DNA from: a virus
DNA: 64,000 nucleotides
IMG/VR virus record: IMGVR_UViG_3300023116_000031
Coordinates: 9,823-73,822 of that record
Strand: one strand, 5' to 3'
Shown in pieces: positions 35,964 to 44,122 of this stretch; position 1 is the stretch's first letter; the number at the start of each line of letters is the position of its first letter. Both the position numbers and the translations under genes were made by a program. The notes under the pieces were generated by a model, which saw nothing but the letters and a program-made list of their open reading frames with translations, ran no database searches and was not told the origin of the DNA.

Positions 35964-37550
35964 ATGCGTAAGCTATTTTACATACTGGTCTGTATTGTTG
36001 CTGTTCTTCAACTCGGATCATTTATTAGCCTCAACCTTGGTGGCGGGACTAGTGCTGTGCCTAGAGAACAGGGTTTGCAAACTAATATAGAAGAACTTAC
36101 TCGATTCCATGATCTCTGGGTTAATGAAGGCGGAACTGGACCTGTTACTACTGATCGTGGGTTACTGGCCACAGATGCGGGTGCCGCGAAAGATAGCTGG
36201 GCATATTCTATTGATGCTGGAGATTGGGAATGGGATTACATTCCAGAGCCAACATGCATTCCCGTTGGCGCGCTCGGGTTGGGCCCGGAATACGATCTTG
36301 ATGGTGCTGCTTCAGACATTCTAGCCATGGCACTATACGGTGCTTTACTGGATATTAATTCACCCGGAACAGGAGATGCCTATTTTTCTGCTGTTAAGAC
36401 ACGCATATTAGAATTTACTAACATAACGGGATTTGGGGGAATTTTCGAAGTCCCTGAAGTAATGCTTCAAAATGGGTGTATTTTTGCAATTTCGTCTGCT
36501 ATTCCGCAGATACTTGAAGCAGCATGGCTGATTGAGGAGGCTGGATATACTGAAACTAATGAATGGGAATCTTCCGATCGACAGACTCTTGCTTTTTGGG
36601 CAGTAAATGTTGTGTTTCCACTTGCAAGTTTTGATGCTAGACAACGTAAAGAATATCAGGGAATTACTGGATTGGGTGCGACAATGGCTATCGCAGCATA
36701 TTCTGTTGGTATACAAAATACAGGTATAGTTGAAACATGGGATGGCTATAGGACTACGCCGAATAACTGGCTGTTGCAACCATCAACTGATCATTTACTA
36801 GAGTGGTTGGACAATTCTACAGGCCAGGCGAAAGGGATTCGAAATAGTGCGTGTTTTCAACAAAATCGTACTTTTGGGCTTCAGTCAAATGGTAGGTTCC
36901 CCGATGAAACTAGACAGGTGGAACAGAATACTTTTGGTATGCCTCCTTATGGTGGATTTATTGACGATAGTGGGAGAACTCCTTTCCCATCCAACAACGT
37001 CGCTTCATGTGATTATGGGAGTCTTGGTGCGGTCGCGGGCGATCCGCTCGAAGATCCAAATGGAACCTGTAGCACACTTTCCGGGCAAATTACATCTGGA
37101 TGCCTAAGTCATGTCCAATTTCAACAGTTGGCAACAAATTCTTTTGCTCGCACCTGTGAGATATTTCGACGGTTAGACAAAGGCGGCGGCCGCTGTTTCG
37201 ATTTAGACGTGCATAACCCAGGAGGCGGAACAACAGCACTAAATTCTGCTATTTTGTTTTCAACGACAGAACTTTTGGCAGCCGGAGATGTCCGGTACCG
37301 AACTTTTGGGCCATATCAAGATTTCTGGACACACGATGAACTTCAAGGATACATTCATGTTGCATCAACTTATTATGACAACTATTGTTCATATATTGCT
37401 CTAACAGACGGAGATGTTCCTCTTCAGGGTGGGGATATGTATCCGTATACAAGAATCACACACAGAGACGGTGTAGCTCATGTCGGCCCTCTTTCTGCGG
37501 GATCGACTTGGGATTGCGCTACATGGGATAACACGTTATGGTCAAATTAG
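35964..37550 (+). CDS. Secreted protein with alginate-lyase-like (alpha/alpha) toroid fold
   Basis: Signal/anchor MRKLFYILVCIVAVLQLGS; helical pattern LEAAWLI..W...D...L..W; G.FPDETR; many Cys. Confidence 0.55.
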   Translation: MRKLFYILVCIVAVLQLGSFISLNLGGGTSAVPREQGLQTNIEELTRFHDLWVNEGGTGPVTTDRGLLATDAGAAKDSWAYSIDAGDWEWDYIPEPTCIPVGALGLGPEYDLDGAASDILAMALYGALLDINSPGTGDAYFSAVKTRILEFTNITGFGGIFEVPEVMLQNGCIFAISSAIPQILEAAWLIEEAGYTETNEWESSDRQTLAFWAVNVVFPLASFDARQRKEYQGITGLGATMAIAAYSVGIQNTGIVETWDGYRTTPNNWLLQPSTDHLLEWLDNSTGQAKGIRNSACFQQNRTFGLQSNGRFPDETRQVEQNTFGMPPYGGFIDDSGRTPFPSNNVASCDYGSLGAVAGDPLEDPNGTCSTLSGQITSGCLSHVQFQQLATNSFARTCEIFRRLDKGGGRCFDLDVHNPGGGTTALNSAILFSTTELLAAGDVRYRTFGPYQDFWTHDELQGYIHVASTYYDNYCSYIALTDGDVPLQGGDMYPYTRITHRDGVAHVGPLSAGSTWDCATWDNTLWSN

Positions 37551-38587
37551 ACGAAGTATATAAGAACTCAGGGCTTGGTAAATGGTTCCACAAGCAATCT
37601 GCTGGTGGAGAGCCTGGATGGGATCGATACAACAGCAAAGGCGAGAAAGCTGGAAAGTGCGGTGACAGCAAGCCAGGTGAGCCTTATGCTGCGTGTCTAT
37701 CCAAGCAGAAAGCAGCCAAGCTAGGAAAGAAGGGTGTCAAGTCCTTTGTTTTACGCAAGCGAGCAAAGCAGCGCGAGCTAGGCAAAGGAAAGAAAGATAT
37801 TAGTGGTAAAGGAAACAAGCCTATCAATGTAAAGACAGGCGTGACGGACAAAGATCCTAACAAGAGAGGAATACAAGAAATGAGTAAGTCATTCGACGAT
37901 TTTCGCACGGAACTACAAGAGAAGAATGTTCCTACAAACCCTAAGTTGTGGTCTTCTGTTCTCGCAACGACCCGTTCAAAGTTTGATGTGTATCCTTCAG
38001 CATATGCTAACGCATGGGCAGCAAAGGAATATAAGAAGAAGGGTGGAGGCTGGCGCAAGTCCAAGGGTAAGGTGGACGAGGCGATTATGGTCGCTCTTGA
38101 CGAGAAGTCTGCGGCAGATAAGCTCAAGGCGCACATGAAGGCTGGCGAGAAGTATCGAAGGAAAGATGGAGATCGCAGAAAGGGTCCAATTTTCCGACCA
38201 ATGAGTGATAAAGAGAAGGATGAGCGTATTGCTCATACCAAGCGAGAAATCCAGCTTCGGAAGCAGGTTGAGCGAGAGCGAGCAAAGCGACGTAACGAAG
38301 AGGTCGAGCAGGTTGACGAGAAGTCTGCTGCGTGGCAACGCAAGGAAGGCAAGAATCAGGAAGGTGGTCTGAACGCAAAGGGTCGTGCTTCATACGAACG
38401 CGAGAATCCCGGCAGCGATCTGAAAGCTCCCGTTTCCGCAGCGCAAGCAAAGAAGAGCAAGGGTGGAAAGGCTGCGAAGCGTCGCAAGTCATTCTGCGCT
38501 CGAATGGGTGGAATGCCCGGACCAATGAAGGATGAGAAAGGTCGCCCAACACGCAAGGCACTTGCTTTGAGAAAGTGGGATTGTTAA
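37538..38587 (+). CDS. Basic multi-domain virion-associated protein (DUF5872-like plus DUF6321-like)
   Basis: KFDVYPSAYANAWAAKEYKKKGGGW; AAWQRKEGKN.EGGLN.KG...RRKSFCARM...RKWDC. Confidence 0.75.
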   Translation: MVKLDEVYKNSGLGKWFHKQSAGGEPGWDRYNSKGEKAGKCGDSKPGEPYAACLSKQKAAKLGKKGVKSFVLRKRAKQRELGKGKKDISGKGNKPINVKTGVTDKDPNKRGIQEMSKSFDDFRTELQEKNVPTNPKLWSSVLATTRSKFDVYPSAYANAWAAKEYKKKGGGWRKSKGKVDEAIMVALDEKSAADKLKAHMKAGEKYRRKDGDRRKGPIFRPMSDKEKDERIAHTKREIQLRKQVERERAKRRNEEVEQVDEKSAAWQRKEGKNQEGGLNAKGRASYERENPGSDLKAPVSAAQAKKSKGGKAAKRRKSFCARMGGMPGPMKDEKGRPTRKALALRKWDC

Positions 38588-39841
38588 GTGGAATCATTCC
38601 GCCAATATATTGTTGAAGAGAAGGGGCAAAAGAACCTTCATATGACTCATTTGGAAGAGCTTATTCTTCTGAATGGGGTGACTGGCGGTCGTGATTCGAT
38701 CAACTTTCTGCGTTCGGTTCGAGACATGCTAGCCGGGCAGAGCAAGAAATCAGTCAACATAACAGTCAAATGGGATGGCGCACCTGCGATTTTTGCTGGC
38801 ATTGATCCAGAAGACGGAAAGTTTTTTGTTGGAACCAAAGGAGTGTTCAACAAGACACCCAAGTATGTCAAATCGAAAGCTGATCTGTCACAATATGGTT
38901 CTGGATTACAGGACAAATTGAGTATCGCATTTGATGAACTCAAAAAGATGAATATACCAAAGGGAATTGTTCTTCAAGGTGACATGCTGTATGGGCCTGG
39001 TGATTTAGAAGAGAAAGACTTTGATGGTGTGAGTCATGTGACATTTACTCCGAATACGATCACATATGCTATTCCAAGCAATTCTGCTCTGGCCAAGCGA
39101 GTGAAGAAAAGTAAAATAGGAGTCATCTTTCATACCACATATACGGGTGACACGCTACAGGACATGACAGCCTCATTTGGTGCTGATGTGTCTAAGCTAC
39201 GAAGAACGGGTAGTGTGTTTTTTGATAACGCAGACTATCGTGACGTATCAGGAACAGCTACACTGACAGCGAAGGAAACAACTGAAGTCACTCGTTATCT
39301 GTCTCGTGCGGGAACAGTATTTCAAAAGATTCCCGGGCCAGCTCTACGAAAGTTTCTGACGTTTCAGCAATCGTTGTCTGGATCGGTTTCTGGAGCTTCT
39401 TTTGCCACATATACCAATAGTCTGATTCGTCAGGGCAAGACGATTACAGATCCGCGTAAGCATACCAGAGAATATAGAGAGTATTTCAAGAACTACTGGG
39501 AGACGAAGGTGATTGCGAAGGTGAAGAGCCCCGCGAAGATCGAAGAGAAGCGTCGGCTCCTGAAGGAGCATTTGCGGGCTATTGCGGAGATCGAAGTTAC
39601 CCTACGAAGTGTCATTGAGTTTCAAATTAACATCATGGCAGCAAAGAATATGTTGGTAAGAAAACTCAACACTGCTGGAGGAATGGCGAGAACCTTTGTG
39701 AAGGTGAATGACGGCTATCGTGCGACTACACCAGAAGGATTTGTTGCGATTGACAGAATGAGCGGAAACGCAGTTAAACTTGTGGATAGACTGGAGTTCT
39801 CTCATCTCAACTTCACAGTAGCCAAGAATTGGGACAAGTAG
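38588..39841 (+). CDS. DUF6267-like ATP-dependent ligase-superfamily nucleotidyltransferase
   Basis: Motif I KWDG, III QGD, IV EGFV, V AVK; N-terminus MESFRQYIVEE|. Confidence 0.75.
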   Translation: MESFRQYIVEEKGQKNLHMTHLEELILLNGVTGGRDSINFLRSVRDMLAGQSKKSVNITVKWDGAPAIFAGIDPEDGKFFVGTKGVFNKTPKYVKSKADLSQYGSGLQDKLSIAFDELKKMNIPKGIVLQGDMLYGPGDLEEKDFDGVSHVTFTPNTITYAIPSNSALAKRVKKSKIGVIFHTTYTGDTLQDMTASFGADVSKLRRTGSVFFDNADYRDVSGTATLTAKETTEVTRYLSRAGTVFQKIPGPALRKFLTFQQSLSGSVSGASFATYTNSLIRQGKTITDPRKHTREYREYFKNYWETKVIAKVKSPAKIEEKRRLLKEHLRAIAEIEVTLRSVIEFQINIMAAKNMLVRKLNTAGGMARTFVKVNDGYRATTPEGFVAIDRMSGNAVKLVDRLEFSHLNFTVAKNWDK

Positions 39842-39854
39842 AGTTACCGTAACA

Positions 39855-39862
39855 CATAAATA
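39855..39862 (+). promoter_or_regulatory. Late promoter CATAAATA
   Basis: 8 nt upstream of ATG 39871. Confidence 0.6.
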
Positions 39863-39870
39863 GAGACACT

Positions 39871-40245
39871 ATGGCAAAAGACCTGTCTGAAATGCGCGAG
39901 GAGCTACAAGAAGCCCTAACGACTGCTCAACGAATGAAGCGGCGAATGGTGTTCCGTCGGTCAAAAGCCAGAATCAAGATAGCACGAGAACGCGCCCAGA
40001 AGAAACTCGCACCAAAAGAAAAGCTAGAAAAGCGAGCAATGAAGCAGGCTAGAAAGAAGATCGAGATGAAAATTCTTGGAGGTAAGAAAAAAGACGATCT
40101 TCCGTTTGCAGCACGAACCGCGATTGAAAAGAAAGTGGATCAGCGATCTGCTGCTATTAAGCGCCTAGCAAAACGAATGTTTCCTGGCGTCCGAAAAGCT
40201 GAACTTGAGAGACTTCAAGCATATCGGAGAGGTGGACCAAAATGA
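39871..40245 (+). CDS. Highly basic helical protein
   Basis: K/R-rich after an LQE|A leader. Confidence 0.7.
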   Translation: MAKDLSEMREELQEALTTAQRMKRRMVFRRSKARIKIARERAQKKLAPKEKLEKRAMKQARKKIEMKILGGKKKDDLPFAARTAIEKKVDQRSAAIKRLAKRMFPGVRKAELERLQAYRRGGPK

Positions 40246-41099
40246 GTACCGCAGTAGTCACATTCGGTCGATTTAATCCTCCTCACATTGGGCACAAGCT
40301 CGTGGTGGATACGGTCAAGAAGATCGCAAAGAAAGAGAAAGGAACGCCTTTGGTGTTTCTTTCCCACACTCAGAATCAGAAGAAAGATCCTCTGACATAT
40401 GATCAGAAAATCAAGTTTGGAAAGTCTTTTTTCGGTAACGTAATACAAAAGACGAATGCGAAGAACATCGTTCAGATTGCTCAGGAACTCGATGACAGCT
40501 ATGATAATCTCGTGATGGTTGTGGGCGCAGATCGTGTCAAAGAATTTGATAATATGCTTCAGAGATACAACGGAAAGGACTTTGACTTCGACAGTGTAAA
40601 AGTCATTTCCGCAGGAGAGCGAGATCCAGACGCAGATGATGTAACCGGAATGAGTGCGTCAAAAATGCGAAAGCTCGCTGCTGATGACAACTTTGCCGAG
40701 TTCAAGAAGGGTGTTCCGAAGGCAACTATGGCTCGTGCGCTGTTTGATGCAACTCGACAGGGAATGAGAGTTAATGAGAGATTTGAAAAGGATGGTGTAT
40801 TTGATCTAATTGAAGCTCTTGAGGAGCGAGAAGATTGGGACGATCTTACCGAAGATATTATAAATAACAGACGATTCAACTCACTTTTGAGATTTGGTCT
40901 TGTTGCAGATCGAGATATTCCGATTACAAAAAGAGCTTTCTCTGACTTGAAACGAGCAAATGTTGACTGGACACTGAGGGACATGGTGTTTCAGGTAACA
41001 CAAACTATGGCCGATTACATTTTAGAGGATGATCTACTCTACAACAGATTACTGTTACTCGTTCAGCGAGATCAGTTCTTCAATAATAAAAAAGACTAG
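40242..41099 (+). CDS. HIGH-family nucleotidyltransferase (T4-like 'cytidyltransferase')
   Basis: TFGRFNPPHIGH, KDPL, VGADR, SAG.RDPD....GMSASKMR. Confidence 0.88.
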   Translation: MSTAVVTFGRFNPPHIGHKLVVDTVKKIAKKEKGTPLVFLSHTQNQKKDPLTYDQKIKFGKSFFGNVIQKTNAKNIVQIAQELDDSYDNLVMVVGADRVKEFDNMLQRYNGKDFDFDSVKVISAGERDPDADDVTGMSASKMRKLAADDNFAEFKKGVPKATMARALFDATRQGMRVNERFEKDGVFDLIEALEEREDWDDLTEDIINNRRFNSLLRFGLVADRDIPITKRAFSDLKRANVDWTLRDMVFQVTQTMADYILEDDLLYNRLLLLVQRDQFFNNKKD

Positions 41100-41108
41100 G
41101 AGATAACT

Positions 41109-41963
41109 ATGTTTGGGAAGAAACCTGTTTCAAATTCGCTGATTGACGCAGTGAAGAGTGTCGTATCGGCAACGCAAGAAGACGCTGCTGGTGTTCAGAT
41201 CGAGGCTGGAGAAGCTGTATATGTTATTGAGGGTGCCTATGAAGGAAATTCTGGAAAGATTTTAGAGTTTCCTACGGCTGGTAAAGCACTCGTTCAGCTC
41301 GATCATGGTCGCGCAGTTCCAATTACCAATGATAGCTTTGTTTGTGAACATACGATTGAATTATTTGAGGCAAAGAAGCTCGATCCAGTTGGTCAGGAAG
41401 ACGATGACGTTGACAACGACGGTGATTCTGATGAGTCGGATGAGTATCTAATGAAGCGCCGAAAGGCAATCAAGAAGGCCATGAAGGAAGGAAACTGCGG
41501 TTGCTGTGACGGTGAGTGCCAGTGTTCTGCTGATTGCTCTGATTGTGACTGTAACGAAGAAATCGAGCAGGTTGACGAGCTAAAGGTTTCCACAAAGATT
41601 CGAGCAGCAGCACAACGCGCGGCTGATGCCTCCGGCGATCGTATTGATGCTCGGTGGGCTACCACCGATTCGGGCGCGAGAGATGCGGAAAAGTCAGCCG
41701 TAAAGAACCAACGCTCGGCTGATAAGATGCGAAGTCAGATTGCAAAGAAGCACGGAGAGCGAGCAGCTAAGGGTGTCGATAACCTCGCCAATATCCGATC
41801 TGGTAAGAAGATGTCACATTCGCGTGTGAGAAACTCTCAGAAGTCTGACAGTCTTGCGAATCGACCAAGCACAAGCATCGCCAAGAGTGGAGAGCGCAAG
41901 GGTAAGATTACGCGAGCAAGCGCAGAACGGCTCAAGTCCGCTATTCGTAATCGACGAAAGTAA
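41109..41963 (+). CDS. Putative internal virion protein with KOW-like, DxDxDG and Cys-rich segments
   Basis: LDPVGQEDDDVDNDGDSDESDEYL.KRR; CGCCDGECQCSADCSDCDC. Confidence 0.7.
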   Translation: MFGKKPVSNSLIDAVKSVVSATQEDAAGVQIEAGEAVYVIEGAYEGNSGKILEFPTAGKALVQLDHGRAVPITNDSFVCEHTIELFEAKKLDPVGQEDDDVDNDGDSDESDEYLMKRRKAIKKAMKEGNCGCCDGECQCSADCSDCDCNEEIEQVDELKVSTKIRAAAQRAADASGDRIDARWATTDSGARDAEKSAVKNQRSADKMRSQIAKKHGERAAKGVDNLANIRSGKKMSHSRVRNSQKSDSLANRPSTSIAKSGERKGKITRASAERLKSAIRNRRK

Positions 41964-41975
41964 AGGAGAACTAAA

Positions 41976-42656
41976 ATGCCTAACTGGACAGGAAATTCAG
42001 CACCAAATTGGTTTAAGGATTTGTCTGATAGTCAATCCGCAGATCGGCCTAATCATCCAAATGGACCGATTGGTGATCTTTATTTGGATGCTCGTGGGTG
42101 GGTACGAGAAGTATCATACACCGATCAACACGGTCGCAGCCGAACAAAAGAAGAAGTTGTCATTGCAGACCGACAAGCACAGTCAGAGAGCGGAACCGTG
42201 TTTGTTACAGACATTCGTGTTGCGAATGCTGCTGACTTTACAACCACACCTCCTACCGCTGCCGCGGCTGCTAGTGGCTCCGGTACTAAGTGGGTGATTA
42301 CATTCAATCAGCCAGTTGCTACTGGAGGGAGTACCACATTTACATGGGGTGGATCAGCAGACGATGGGCCAGGAACCGTGACTGCATTTGAGGCTACTTA
42401 TGTATCAGGAAATTTGACAAATCAAATTACAGTCGAATATGATACAAGCACATTTGCTGCTACTAGCCCCGTTGGTCTGACTGGTGTATGCACGCTTGGT
42501 GTTGATGCCTATGATACTTCTGCGGAAGCAGCCATATCATCCGCAACTGTAAAAAATATTCCTGCTGGATCTGATATTACATCGTATGCTACTGGTGTTG
42601 TTGCATCTACCGTAACATTTGTTGATGGAGCAACAGCTAACGTCGTTGTTGGATAA
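41976..42656 (+). CDS. Putative structural (Ig-like) protein
   Basis: RGWV...R...E.VI N-terminal motif; Thr/Gly-rich beta C-terminus. Confidence 0.65.
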   Translation: MPNWTGNSAPNWFKDLSDSQSADRPNHPNGPIGDLYLDARGWVREVSYTDQHGRSRTKEEVVIADRQAQSESGTVFVTDIRVANAADFTTTPPTAAAAASGSGTKWVITFNQPVATGGSTTFTWGGSADDGPGTVTAFEATYVSGNLTNQITVEYDTSTFAATSPVGLTGVCTLGVDAYDTSAEAAISSATVKNIPAGSDITSYATGVVASTVTFVDGATANVVVG

Positions 42657-42667
42657 GGAGCATAGCT

Positions 42668-43114
42668 ATGCGCGCGTTTATTACAATGTTGATCGTGCTG
42701 TTGATGACAGCTCCAGTGTTTGCAGCAGATTATACCAAAAAGGTTCCAACCAACAAGTGTTCGGCTCCTGTTAGTATCACAGACGGAGACAACTGGTATT
42801 GGGATATTGGTTATTCATCAAACGCTGAAGCTGCTCCTGTTTCTGTTTTTCTTGATCACGACATCGGCGATACTTCGATTTCAGCTCAGAGATTGACTCT
42901 TTACGCCTGTTTAACTGCTGAAGATGCCAATAGTTGTATTGCTCTTCAGTGGGACTCCGATGCTGATGGTGTCCCAGATACCAATGTCATGGGTGCGACT
43001 GCTGCGTTGACGGATACTGGTGTGACAGGAATCAGTGGATTCCCATATCTTCGTATTGAAGAGACAGGCACAGTAGATTCAAATGCAAGATATGTTGTTT
43101 GTAGGGGATTTTAG
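42668..43114 (+). CDS. Small secreted Cys-containing beta protein
   Basis: Signal peptide MRAFITMLIVLLMTAPVFA|; 4 Cys. Confidence 0.7.
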   Translation: MRAFITMLIVLLMTAPVFAADYTKKVPTNKCSAPVSITDGDNWYWDIGYSSNAEAAPVSVFLDHDIGDTSISAQRLTLYACLTAEDANSCIALQWDSDADGVPDTNVMGATAALTDTGVTGISGFPYLRIEETGTVDSNARYVVCRGF

Positions 43115-43135
43115 TATAGCATACATATCTACATT

Positions 43136-43525
43136 ATGGCAGATGACTTGAATGATAACACGATTGATATGTATATGCTTAGATCATACATGAACCCTCA
43201 ATGTATTGGCATTGAGGAATATAATGATGATGTGAGTCGTATTAAGTATATCAAAAGGTTACTAAACAGGTATGCCACAAATGGAGAGTTAAAAGAACAA
43301 CTACTATTGAATCATGTGATTATCATATACAATGTGTTTGGTGTGATTCCAGCCACTAGAATATTGTTCTATAATATACAGGAGGAACACTGGTCAGCAC
43401 TTAAAACGATTATGGTGTTTCTTCAAACTATGCCTGATGTAGTAAGAGGCATCAAAGGTAGGGACATTTTAGACTCGGACATTGCGGTTGATTTAGAGAT
43501 CGCAAGGAGATTGCGAGAAATATGA
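43136..43525 (+). CDS. Conserved T4-like hypothetical protein (Y.NP.C...EE..D..R.KY.KRL family)
   Basis: L.LNH.I..YNVFG motif; located upstream of primase. Confidence 0.8.
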   Translation: MADDLNDNTIDMYMLRSYMNPQCIGIEEYNDDVSRIKYIKRLLNRYATNGELKEQLLLNHVIIIYNVFGVIPATRILFYNIQEEHWSALKTIMVFLQTMPDVVRGIKGRDILDSDIAVDLEIARRLREI

Positions 43526-43875
43526 AATCATTTGAAGAACTACGAGAAATGATGGGTATGGGTGGAGGAGGCATTGCTGGGTCTGCTGAAGCTGGTGATG
43601 ATCCACCAGTCCGAAAGAAGGATCAAGCAAAGCTGATTCGTCGCAACAGATTTATGAAGAATGAGGTATTTGAAGTTCCTGCTGATGTGTATAATCGTAT
43701 TCTACGCCCCAAGTTCAATTCAGAGAGATTCAACTCTATTGTGGGAGCAGATGAGATTGGAGAAGCGATTCGTCAGTATGCCAAAGACAACCCAGGTAAA
43801 GGCATTCTAGTTCAATGTGAAAATACTGGGTGTATGACATGGTTGAGACTACCTCGCGTAAGGAAGGCTAAATAG
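43522..43875 (+). CDS. Hypothetical protein with capsid-targeting-like leader
   Basis: MKSFEELRE|; IRQYA..NP...I..Q...TG.M..LR. Confidence 0.7.
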   Translation: MKSFEELREMMGMGGGGIAGSAEAGDDPPVRKKDQAKLIRRNRFMKNEVFEVPADVYNRILRPKFNSERFNSIVGADEIGEAIRQYAKDNPGKGILVQCENTGCMTWLRLPRVRKAK

Positions 43876-43876
43876 C

Positions 43877-44122
43877 ATGTGGGAAACAATTATTGGTGGA
43901 GTAGTTACTTTAGTTGTCGGATTATTCGGTATCTGGTGGAAAAATAGAAGCGACAAGACAAAGCAAGAAGAACTCGGCGAACAGAGAATTTCTAATCTGC
44001 ACCATCAGAAAAATGCAGCAGCCAAGAAAGCTGCCGACAAAAGACTCGGACAGGATTTACCCGAAGGGAAGGAGTTAATAGATGCGCTGGAAGAAGACGC
44101 TCGCCGCTCTGGTCGCGATTAG
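43877..44122 (+). CDS. Putative inner-membrane spanin (Rz-like)
   Basis: N-terminal TM plus short helical periplasmic domain; CTAAATA immediately upstream. Confidence 0.5.
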   Translation: MWETIIGGVVTLVVGLFGIWWKNRSDKTKQEELGEQRISNLHHQKNAAAKKAADKRLGQDLPEGKELIDALEEDARRSGRD

